Positions 29,930-38,263 of a stretch of DNA of 43,632 nt are shown piece by piece. Under the pieces are notes generated by a model. That model did no database searches, was not told where the DNA came from, and saw only the letters and a list, made by a program, of their open reading frames with translations. The stretch comes from Rhodospirillales bacterium (lineage in GTDB: Bacteria; Pseudomonadota; Alphaproteobacteria; Rhodospirillales; JABHCV01): contig JADHSW010000001.1 in the NCBI GenBank assembly GCA_016776705.1, positions 1 to 43,632 of the forward strand, read 5' to 3'. The first letter of the stretch is position 1; each line of letters opens with the position of its first letter. A program made the position numbers and the translations under genes.

Positions 29930-30079
29930 TCAGGCAATTTTGACACTGTCATGAACATGCATATGAGTTTTATTTAATTTCGTGAAGGTTTTTGGTATAG
30001 AGTTAGGAGGGATAACAAATTACAGACGCCACTTTTAAGGGGCGCGAAAAGACAGGGAAGAAAGTTCAACGATCTTTAA

Positions 30080-30095
30080 CCAGAATTTATTCTGG
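30080..30095. promoter_or_regulatory. palindrome upstream of the ABC transporter operon
   Basis: CCAGAAT-TT-ATTCTGG. Confidence 0.3.
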
Positions 30096-30229
30096 GGATA
30101 AGCCCCTGTAGTTTCAGGCTCTATTATAGCGGCACAACGCTAAATATTTTTACTTCGATCCAGTGAAACAAAGCCTATTCCATGCGTTCCTTATTTAAAC
30201 GCCGGAACATAAAACAGGGAGAATAATTC

Positions 30230-31816
30230 ATGTCCACGACAAAAGAGCTCGAAAACCTGCTTAAGAAAGGCAAGGTAAACCGCCGTCAATTTATGAGCCG
30301 CGCCGCCACCCTTGGTGTTACCACAGCCCTTGCGACGTCAATGTTTTCCAAGGCGTCTCGCGCAGCCCCGAAAAAAGGCGGTCACTTCAAAATTGGTATG
30401 GGGCAGGGATCAACAACGGATTCACTTGACCCGGCAACGACCCTTCACACCGGCACCCAGATCGTTAACCACGCCCTTTACAACTATTTGAGTGAAGTCA
30501 ACAATGCCGGCGAACTGGTCGGCGAACTTGCTGCAAGCTGGGAAGCTGAACCGGGCGCCAAGGTCTGGAATATGAAGCTGCAAAAGGGCGTCACCTTCCA
30601 CAACGGCAAATCCTTTGGTCCTGATGACGTTATTGCCTCAATCAACCATCATCGTGGCAAGGATTCCAAATCAGCCGCCAAGCCGATTGTCGATCCGATC
30701 ACCGATATTACCGCTGACGGCAGCGATGGCGTCAAGTTTACGTTGTCTGGCGGCAATGCCGATTTCCCGTTCCTGATGTCTGATTACCATTTGGCAATCT
30801 TACCTTCCAAAGATGGCAAAATTGACGCCACTGGCGGCATTGGTTCCGGTGCTTTTTCTCTCGAAAAATTTGACCCGGGCGTCAACATCACGATGAAGAA
30901 AAACCCCAATTACTGGAAATCCGGAAAGGGTCACTTCGACAGCGCCGAAATCGTCGTCATTGCCGATGTCGCAGCACGCACCAACGCACTTTCCACCGGC
31001 GCCACAATGGCCATGGATCGTTGCGACCTTAAAACAGTACATCTTCTTAAACGCAACAATAACATCAAGGTCACCAAGAATACGGGCACCCAGCATTACA
31101 CCTTGCCGATGAATGCAGGTATCGCCCCGTTCGATAATGTTGACGTACGTCTGGCGCTGAAAAACGCCATTGATCGTGAAGCCCTGGTAAAGACCGTTCT
31201 GCGCGGTTATGGCGCGGTCGGCAACGATCACCCGATCGGTGCTTCACAAATGTACTTTAACAAGGATTTGAAACAACGGGTTTACGATCCTGAAAAAGCC
31301 AAGTTCCATCTTAAGAAGGCTGGTATGAGTTCGCTTGATGTAACCTTGTCTGCAGCTGACGCCGCCTTTGCGGGCGCTGTCGATACAGCCGTTCTGTTTA
31401 AGGAACACGCGGCCAAGGCGGGCATCAACATCACCGTCAACCGCGTCCCCAACGACGGCTACTGGTCCAATGTCTGGATGAAAGATCCCTGGTCCATGAG
31501 TTATTGGGGCGGACGTCCGACCGAAGACTGGATGTTCTCTCAGGCCTATGCAGCCGGTGCAGAATGGAATGAAAGTTTCTGGAACAACGAGCGCTTCAAT
31601 AAAATCCTACTTGAAGCACGCGCTGAACTGGATACGGGCAAGCGTCGCGAAATGTACTACGAAATGCAACAGCTGTGCCGTGACGATGGTTCGGCCCTTA
31701 TCCCCATGTTCGCATCCTATGTTGGTGCTCTGGCTAATAATGTCGGGCACGACGCTATGGGCGCAAACTGGGATATGGACGGCCTGCGGTGCATGGAACG
31801 CTGGTGGCTTGAGTAG
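30230..31816 (+). CDS. ABC transporter substrate-binding protein, family 5 (peptide/nickel), Tat signal
   Basis: NRRQFM Tat motif; DSLDP, GVTFHNGK, GSGAF, VRLAL..AIDRE; RBS GGGAG. Confidence 0.94.
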   Translation: MSTTKELENLLKKGKVNRRQFMSRAATLGVTTALATSMFSKASRAAPKKGGHFKIGMGQGSTTDSLDPATTLHTGTQIVNHALYNYLSEVNNAGELVGELAASWEAEPGAKVWNMKLQKGVTFHNGKSFGPDDVIASINHHRGKDSKSAAKPIVDPITDITADGSDGVKFTLSGGNADFPFLMSDYHLAILPSKDGKIDATGGIGSGAFSLEKFDPGVNITMKKNPNYWKSGKGHFDSAEIVVIADVAARTNALSTGATMAMDRCDLKTVHLLKRNNNIKVTKNTGTQHYTLPMNAGIAPFDNVDVRLALKNAIDREALVKTVLRGYGAVGNDHPIGASQMYFNKDLKQRVYDPEKAKFHLKKAGMSSLDVTLSAADAAFAGAVDTAVLFKEHAAKAGINITVNRVPNDGYWSNVWMKDPWSMSYWGGRPTEDWMFSQAYAAGAEWNESFWNNERFNKILLEARAELDTGKRREMYYEMQQLCRDDGSALIPMFASYVGALANNVGHDAMGANWDMDGLRCMERWWLE

Positions 31817-31838
31817 GTTGGCCAGGGCGTAAGCTCAA

Positions 31839-32795
31839 ATGCAAAAAATACTTAACATGGTGGCTCAGCGTTTAACGCTGGGCCTCCTTGTTCTTTTCGT
31901 CGTCTCAATTATAATTTTCCTTGGCGTCGAACTTTTACCAGGGGACCTGGCGGAAGCCATGCTCGGCCAATCAGCAACAGAAGAGACTCTTGCCGCTTTT
32001 CGCAAGGAGCTAAAACTCGACCTTCCCATGCATACCCGTTATCTGGAATGGCTCTTCAATATCCTTCAGGGTGACTTCGGAAAATCTTTGGCCAATGGCC
32101 GCGAAATATCGGAGCTGATCGAAACTCGTTTAAGTAATACGCTGTTTTTAGCGCTGTTTTCGGCTTTTATCGCCGTGCCGCTGTCCCTGACATTGGGCGT
32201 TCTGGCAGCCATGTACCGCAACACGTTTTACGATCGCACAGTCAATATTTTGACCCTGTCGTCAATTTCATTCCCTGAATTTTTCATCGCTTATATTCTT
32301 ATATTTGTGTTCTCGATAAATTTGGGCTGGATGCCCAGCTTGTCGAATGTCAGCCCGGAAACCCCCCTTGGCGAGCGTCTCTTTGTGTCCCTGATGCCGG
32401 CATTGACCCTGACCCTGGTCGTCATGGCGCATATGATGCGCATGACCCGCGCCGCAATTATCAACCTGTTGGCGTCGCCCTATATCGAGATGGCCAATCT
32501 TAAAGGCTTATCGCGGGCGCGGGTGATCCTGAGGCATGCCCTGCCCAATGCATGGGCCCCGATCATCAATGTTGTTGTCATTAACCTTGCCTATCTGATC
32601 GTCGGCGTGGTCATTGTGGAAGTGGTTTTCGTCTATCCGGGCCTTGGCCAATTAATTGTTGATTCAGTACAAAATCGCGATATTCCCGTTGTCCAAGCCT
32701 GTTCCCTGATATTCGCAGCGACCTATATCCTTCTAAATCTCACGGCCGATATCCTGTCGATTATCAGTAACCCCAGACTCTTGCATCCGCGATGA
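31839..32795 (+). CDS. ABC transporter permease (DppB-like)
   Basis: LPGD.A, GDFGKS, EAA loop A.LKGL...VI.RHAL.NA, VF.YPGLG. Confidence 0.95.
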   Translation: MQKILNMVAQRLTLGLLVLFVVSIIIFLGVELLPGDLAEAMLGQSATEETLAAFRKELKLDLPMHTRYLEWLFNILQGDFGKSLANGREISELIETRLSNTLFLALFSAFIAVPLSLTLGVLAAMYRNTFYDRTVNILTLSSISFPEFFIAYILIFVFSINLGWMPSLSNVSPETPLGERLFVSLMPALTLTLVVMAHMMRMTRAAIINLLASPYIEMANLKGLSRARVILRHALPNAWAPIINVVVINLAYLIVGVVIVEVVFVYPGLGQLIVDSVQNRDIPVVQACSLIFAATYILLNLTADILSIISNPRLLHPR

Positions 32796-33697
32796 GTGAA
32801 GTAGAAATAAAAACCGCCCTGGACAGCGCTGACGCCAAAGCCCCACCGCCAAAGGTGAACAAGTGGGATGAGGCTATGCTTGAGCTGAAGAAAGCGCCCT
32901 GGAGCGCAAAATTCGGTTTTCTGGTGATAGCCCTTTATGTTTTTGCCGCCTTTTTCGCGCCATTGTTAACCCCATTTGGTGAGTCTGAAATTGTTGGTGA
33001 TTCATTCTTACCGTGGAACGAAACCAATATCCTTGGAACCGACAACCTTGGCAGGGATATGTTGACCCGTCTGCTTTACGGAGCAAGAAATACCGTTGGT
33101 ATCGCTTTTGTCACGACATGCTTCGCCTTTTTGATTGGTGGGGTCGCCGGTATGCTGGCGGCCATTCTGGGAGGCTGGACGGATCAGGTTCTGAGCCGCA
33201 TCGTCGATATCTTAATGGCTATTCCGCAGTTGATTTTTGCGCTGCTTTTGCTGACGATTTTCGGCACGTCAATTCCGGTGCTGATCGTTATTATTGCGAT
33301 TCTGGACTCTACACGCGTCTTCCGCCTGGCACGGGCTGTCAGCCACAATGTGGTTGTTACCGATTTCGTTGAATCGGCGCGACTGCGTGGTGAAAGCATG
33401 GGCTGGATCAGCATTCGCGAAGTGCTGCCCAATATAATGCCTCCCCTGGTAGCGGAATTTGGTCTTCGTTTCTGTTTTGTTTTCCTGCTGATTTCAGGTT
33501 TGAGCTTCCTGGGGCTTGGCCTGCAGCCACCAACTGCCGACTGGGGCTCGATGGTGCGCGACAACGCAACCCTGATCACTTATGGCGATATCACACCGCT
33601 ATTGCCAGCTGGCGCAATCGCCTTGCTCACCGTAGGTGTCAACTTTGTCGTTGACTGGTTCTTGCATAAAACAAGTGGGCTTCGCGATGGACAATAA
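32792..33697 (+). CDS. ABC transporter permease (DppC-like)
   Basis: LGTDNLGRD, FVESARLRG, LSFLGLG.QPP..DWG.M. Confidence 0.95.
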   Translation: MSEVEIKTALDSADAKAPPPKVNKWDEAMLELKKAPWSAKFGFLVIALYVFAAFFAPLLTPFGESEIVGDSFLPWNETNILGTDNLGRDMLTRLLYGARNTVGIAFVTTCFAFLIGGVAGMLAAILGGWTDQVLSRIVDILMAIPQLIFALLLLTIFGTSIPVLIVIIAILDSTRVFRLARAVSHNVVVTDFVESARLRGESMGWISIREVLPNIMPPLVAEFGLRFCFVFLLISGLSFLGLGLQPPTADWGSMVRDNATLITYGDITPLLPAGAIALLTVGVNFVVDWFLHKTSGLRDGQ

Positions 33698-35348
33698 ACC
33701 TGAAAGCAAACATCTGCTCGAAATGCGGGGTCTTCGTATCGAAGGTCAAAGCGGCGAGGAATGGCTTGAAATCGTCAAGGGCATCGATTTGACCCTTGAT
33801 CGCGGTCAGATGCTTGGGCTCATTGGCGAGTCAGGTGCCGGTAAATCAACAATAGGTCTTGCCGCAATGGGATTCGCTCGACCCGGATGCCGATTTTCAG
33901 GCGGGGAAATCCTGTTCGACGGAGTAGATCTCAGGGAATTGCGCCGCAAGGATCGACGCTCGCTGCGTGGCGTCCGTATTGCCTATGTGGCTCAAAGCGC
34001 TGCCGCTTCGTTCAATCCTGCCCACCGTTTGATCGATCAGTTTTCTGAAATCCCCGTCGAGCATGGCATATCCTCAAAATCTGAGGCCGAGGCCGACGCT
34101 ATTGATTTGTTCACTCGGCTCAAAATGCCGTTCCCCGATGTAATCGGGTTCAGGTACCCCCATCAGGTGTCCGGCGGGCAATTGCAGCGCGCCATGACAG
34201 CAATGGCTTTATCGTGCAGACCCGACCTGATAATTTTTGATGAACCGACGACGGCTCTGGACGTCACCACCCAGATCGAGGTGTTGGTAACTATTCGCGA
34301 CGTTGTCAAACAGTTCAATACAGCCGCCATCTACATCACCCACGATCTGGCCGTTGTCGCCCAGATGTCCGACAAGATTATCGTCCTGCGTTATGGCGAG
34401 AAGGTCGAGGAAGCCGAAACTCGTGTCATGCTGTCCGATCCCAAACAGGACTACACGAAATCGTTATGGGCCGTGCGGTCGTTTACAAAATCATCGAAAC
34501 CGCCAGAACATGAACAAGTCCCCCTGATGAGGGTCGAACATGTGACAGCGGCGTATGGCAAGGATGTTATACTGAAGGATATTTCTTTCGACATTCACAG
34601 GGGCCAGACCGTTGCCGTGGTCGGTGAATCGGGCAGTGGTAAAAGCACCACCGCACGGGTAATCACCGGACTGTTGCCACCATTGCAGGGCTCCGTCTTT
34701 TTTGATGGCGTTCCCTTGCCGGCCGATTACCGCAAACGTTCAAAAGACCAATTGCGGCAAGCGCAGATGATCTACCAGATGGCCGATACGGCGGTGAACC
34801 CGCGCCATAAAATCCGTGATATCATTGGCAGACCATTGTCGTTCTATCTTGGTCTTGGCGGGGCAAAACTTGAGCAACGCATACGCGAGTTGCTGGATAT
34901 GATTGAGCTTGACCCCGATGTGTTCATTGACCGTTATCCGGGCGAGCTTTCCGGTGGTCAGAAGCAGCGCGTCTGTATTGCCCGCGCCCTGGCTGCGGAA
35001 CCGAAGTTTATCATCTGTGACGAAGTAACCTCGGCCCTGGATCAGCTGGTTGCTGAGGGTATACTGAAACTTCTCGACAGGTTGCAGCAGGAATTCAATC
35101 TGGCCTATATGTTCATCACCCACGACCTTGCGACCGTGCGGGCCATTGCCGACCGGGTAGTGGTTATGCTGCAAGGCGAAATCGTCGAACAAGGCTCTAA
35201 AGACACAGTCTTCAGCCCGCCCCATCATGAATACACAAATTTGCTGCTATCGTCGGTGCCTGAAATGGACCCGGACTGGCTGGATAATATGTTGAAAAGT
35301 AAAGTAGACAGCCCGGATATCGTGCGCAGCTCTGATATTATTCGATAA
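33687..35348 (+). CDS. ABC transporter ATP-binding protein, two fused ATPase domains (DppD/F-like)
   Basis: Two Walker A (GESGAGKS, GESGSGKS), two signature motifs (VSGGQ, LSGGQ), two Walker B; ATG 33687 preferred as start. Confidence 0.95.
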   Translation: MDNKPESKHLLEMRGLRIEGQSGEEWLEIVKGIDLTLDRGQMLGLIGESGAGKSTIGLAAMGFARPGCRFSGGEILFDGVDLRELRRKDRRSLRGVRIAYVAQSAAASFNPAHRLIDQFSEIPVEHGISSKSEAEADAIDLFTRLKMPFPDVIGFRYPHQVSGGQLQRAMTAMALSCRPDLIIFDEPTTALDVTTQIEVLVTIRDVVKQFNTAAIYITHDLAVVAQMSDKIIVLRYGEKVEEAETRVMLSDPKQDYTKSLWAVRSFTKSSKPPEHEQVPLMRVEHVTAAYGKDVILKDISFDIHRGQTVAVVGESGSGKSTTARVITGLLPPLQGSVFFDGVPLPADYRKRSKDQLRQAQMIYQMADTAVNPRHKIRDIIGRPLSFYLGLGGAKLEQRIRELLDMIELDPDVFIDRYPGELSGGQKQRVCIARALAAEPKFIICDEVTSALDQLVAEGILKLLDRLQQEFNLAYMFITHDLATVRAIADRVVVMLQGEIVEQGSKDTVFSPPHHEYTNLLLSSVPEMDPDWLDNMLKSKVDSPDIVRSSDIIR

Positions 35349-35478
35349 GCCAACGCAAGCAGATTATTCCTTTCGGCACGTCATAGTCTCGTGAAGCGAT
35401 CTGGCCTCTGCCTGTCGACGCTGATCCGGTGGTGACGTAAAGACATTTTATCCGGGTCACATGATGAAGTTAGACAGG

Positions 35479-35495
35479 TGGCGTCCCCTACGGGA
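35479..35495 (-). mobile_element. 17-bp tRNA-Glu 3'-end fragment, probable att site bounding the island
   Basis: Minus strand TCCCGTAGGGGACGCCA is the T-stem 3' half, acceptor stem and CCA of a bacterial tRNA-Glu; IHF-like TACCAAGGGGTTA at 35525-35537; located at the core/island boundary. Confidence 0.7.
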
Positions 35496-35547
35496 GAAGA
35501 TCGCCAGTTTCGAGATCGGTTTAATACCAAGGGGTTATCTTCCCGGC

Positions 35548-35763
35548 GAGCCTGTCCTATTAACTGTGTAAGCGACCATGATGTAACCTCCATTTAGGGA
35601 GAATAAACACATGGCTATCAAGCAAGATATTATCGACGAACTTCTGACTGATTATAAGAACCCTGAAGACCTGCTTGGCGAAGACGGTATTTTCAAGGAG
35701 TTGAAGAAAGCCCTGTTGGAACGGGCTTTGAGCGCCGAACTGAGCGATCACCTGGGATATGAG
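35548..35763 (+). mobile_element. IS256-family remnant (left end and transposase N-terminal 51 aa)
   Basis: GAGCCTGTC...CTGTGTAA IR-like end; MAIKQDIIDELL.DYKNPEDLLGEDGIFKELKKALLERAL.AEL..HLGYE is a typical IS256 transposase N-terminus. Confidence 0.85.
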
Positions 35764-36252
35764 AATTTATATATTTCTGAACATTCTGTGCTTGATCTGT
35801 TTGACGAAATTAAGGAGTTGCTGAACTCGGATAAAAAATACACAACTCATAAGTCATTAATGTATTTTAAAAAGGAAAACAGTACCCGTCTCTCTCTTAA
35901 AAAAAATCATGATATTTACCCAGTTGTCGAACGGCTTCATTGGTTTGACAAAGGCCAAAGGAAGCTAATTATGGGCAAAAGGAGTACTGACGAGTTAAAA
36001 GGGATGACCGGCAAGGCTAGAACATTATTTATGCAGGAAGACACTTCAGGGGACACAATTTCTTTCATCTCTTATACTGACATGAGAAGGCGGTCTAAGG
36101 CTTATACCCAGTACTCAAAAGAAGCTAAGCCGAAGTTGCTTGCTGCAATTGAAGCAGCCCAACAAACAGCAGACGCCAAAATAAAAGGCATCAGGGAAGC
36201 CCAGCAAAAAAAGAAAAATAACCGTGCTCAGTTACTAGGTGGTTTTAAATAA
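35611..36252 (+). CDS. chimeric ORF: IS256 transposase N-terminus fused to an unrelated C-terminal segment
   Basis: Transposase similarity stops at ...HLGYE (35763); the frame stays open into AT-rich sequence with no DDE domain. Confidence 0.65.
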   Translation: MAIKQDIIDELLTDYKNPEDLLGEDGIFKELKKALLERALSAELSDHLGYENLYISEHSVLDLFDEIKELLNSDKKYTTHKSLMYFKKENSTRLSLKKNHDIYPVVERLHWFDKGQRKLIMGKRSTDELKGMTGKARTLFMQEDTSGDTISFISYTDMRRRSKAYTQYSKEAKPKLLAAIEAAQQTADAKIKGIREAQQKKKNNRAQLLGGFK

Positions 36253-36253
36253 T

Positions 36254-36718
36254 TCACTTCCCACGCCATTCCCACGGAGCCATACATTCCCCGCCCCACA
36301 TTCCGGCCTTGTTCCTCATGGCAGAATGTTCTTCATATAAATACCGCTCCGAGTATTGCCGATAAGCACACGCCAGGCCAGCGACAACCATTGCCCTGTT
36401 GATGCCCATGCCGTCGACTTCGCAAGAACCGATCATCCGTCCATACCTGTCATTGCCGTGGGACGAACAGGAAACTTCTTTCCCCTCTGTCATGGATTTA
36501 AGGAACGCCGTCGCCTCCACACCCACCATCCACGGGTTACCGTTGGCGTCCTTGCACTCCTGTTTAGTTTCAGGCGTGTCGATGCCGTGAAGGCGTATTT
36601 TGGTTTTACCGATGTGAATAGTGTCGCCGTCAACGACACGGGCGGGGCCTGTTATGTCGGCGGCTTGGGACAATGTCGAAAGCGCAACTCCGGAAAATAA
36701 AATAAAAATAATGAGCAT
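36254..36718 (-). CDS. thermonuclease (SNase-like) family protein with signal peptide
   Basis: VVDGDTI, IRLHGIDTPE.KQ.C, DRYGR.IG.C, MV..G.A.AYRQYS..Y, GMW; hydrophobic leader ending SQA. The start is uncertain (36718, 36778 or 36835). Confidence 0.9.
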   Translation of the reverse strand: MLIIFILFSGVALSTLSQAADITGPARVVDGDTIHIGKTKIRLHGIDTPETKQECKDANGNPWMVGVEATAFLKSMTEGKEVSCSSHGNDRYGRMIGSCEVDGMGINRAMVVAGLACAYRQYSERYLYEEHSAMRNKAGMWGGECMAPWEWRGK

Positions 36719-36797
36719 AACTTGGCGTGAATTTTTGTTTCCCAAAAAAGCTGCGTTGGGAATTTGACCAAGCAACATTGAAAGCGATAGAAAAGTT

Positions 36798-38153
36798 TCA
36801 ATTCTTCCTGAACCCACAATATCTTGCATCTTCAACAGTCCTAAATCTGATCTCAGGTATACACAGTTGATACCAGCGATCCTTAGGATCGCTGTGATAG
36901 ACTAATTTGTTTTTTCCCTTGCTAAAGTTTCCCTTGATAGGCCCGTCCCCAAGGTCCAATTCATCGACCAAATCTTCAACATGCATGATGCAATCTTTCA
37001 CGACATCACTATTTTTTGCCACCTCATCAATGGCTTCGATCTCATCCAAATAGATTTGGCACATACGCTTGAGTGCATCGATATCGTATGCGGTTGGGTC
37101 GACTACAGGGGACATTTTTGTAAAAATATTTTCAGCAAGTTTTTTGCTTGCTTCGCTGCTCTTTTGTCGATTGAGAGCAGCACGAATAATTTGGGCTTTT
37201 GGGTTTTGTTTTAAATAACGATCAAGCGCAGATTTTTTATCTGGGATATGTTTGAAGACATCGATTTTTGTCACGGTATCGTCAGAAATTATATTTTTGT
37301 AACGAGCGTGAACCTCATCGATTGACCAAACCCCTTGTTTAGCCATATAGGCTTCTTTTGTTGCTGCCTCATATCTCGTTCTAATTTCTTCATCCTCAAA
37401 GTAGCCCATCATAGGGACGCCCAGCCCTGAGCGAAGCAACTCTAAGGCTACATTTTTCTGGTCCATATTCAGAAGATTTACCAAGTGGCGTTTATATGCG
37501 TCCTTCCCCAACATCTGGACGTAGCAAAACCTAGAATGTGAAAACATATCCTCTACAAAAACTTTTGCTTCTTGTCCTAAAATGAAGTCGGAAGACGTTT
37601 CACTATTTTCCGGTGCATCGGCACCAAACAATCTCGTCACATAACTTGCATTTTTATCCGTTTCGAGAAACAAATCGAAAGTGTCGCCGTCCTCAATATC
37701 ATAAATCATACCCCGCTCCCATCCATCTAACGGAGGGATATCAATTTCATCAAATAAATGCAGGGCTTCTTCCTTACTCAGCCTTTGGTGTGGTTCCGCC
37801 ACATAGTTCAAAGAGGATAGATAGCCCTTAATTCCTCCTTTACGTAAAGCTCTGTTGTCCTCTTCAGCAAAGAGACTGCCATCACGGATTTTTTCAAGCA
37901 GTTTGTCACTGGGATGAAAGGACTGATCCGTAATTTCAACTTTAGAAATACCCTCATACAAAAATTTTTTTGGAACGCCTTTTCCGTCGTCGTTAAGAGC
38001 TATTCCATTAAAATTACTGCCCCACGTACTCGTTACAGATATGAGTTCATAGGTTTTTGGTTCCTTCTTTCCCTTCTTCGTATATTCAATCGTAATTTGC
38101 CTACCAGCGAGAATTGATTTTTCTATTAAGCCTTGCGCATCTCTAATGTTCAT
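36798..38153 (-). CDS. WYL-like + thermonuclease + C-terminal IKGN/YH ('sunset'-type) domain protein
   Basis: aa 1-80 WYL-like (I.K.I...RQITIEY...KKF..EGI.KVEIT.QSF); aa ~148-278 SNase (DGDT, RL.G.DAPE, DAYKR, A...KQGVW); C-terminal IKGN....VYH......Y....PE..F.T.EDA...GFR; no signal peptide. Confidence 0.82.
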   Translation of the reverse strand: MNIRDAQGLIEKSILAGRQITIEYTKKGKKEPKTYELISVTSTWGSNFNGIALNDDGKGVPKKFLYEGISKVEITDQSFHPSDKLLEKIRDGSLFAEEDNRALRKGGIKGYLSSLNYVAEPHQRLSKEEALHLFDEIDIPPLDGWERGMIYDIEDGDTFDLFLETDKNASYVTRLFGADAPENSETSSDFILGQEAKVFVEDMFSHSRFCYVQMLGKDAYKRHLVNLLNMDQKNVALELLRSGLGVPMMGYFEDEEIRTRYEAATKEAYMAKQGVWSIDEVHARYKNIISDDTVTKIDVFKHIPDKKSALDRYLKQNPKAQIIRAALNRQKSSEASKKLAENIFTKMSPVVDPTAYDIDALKRMCQIYLDEIEAIDEVAKNSDVVKDCIMHVEDLVDELDLGDGPIKGNFSKGKNKLVYHSDPKDRWYQLCIPEIRFRTVEDARYCGFRKN

Positions 38154-38263
38154 CAGTACCCCACATCAATTTTGATAATAGCCTCGACAACTACACCATG
38201 TGTTTTGCCTTCTATAACTATGCGGGTCATACGTTGAACTCCGTTACTTGGAGCATTCTAAAT

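Noticed and set aside
1700-35348. Many 60-235 aa ORFs overlapping the annotated genes (e.g. 23146..23853, 18241..18759, 16033..16518)
   Set aside because: Antisense or alternate-frame shadows expected in GC-rich coding DNA; no motifs recognised.
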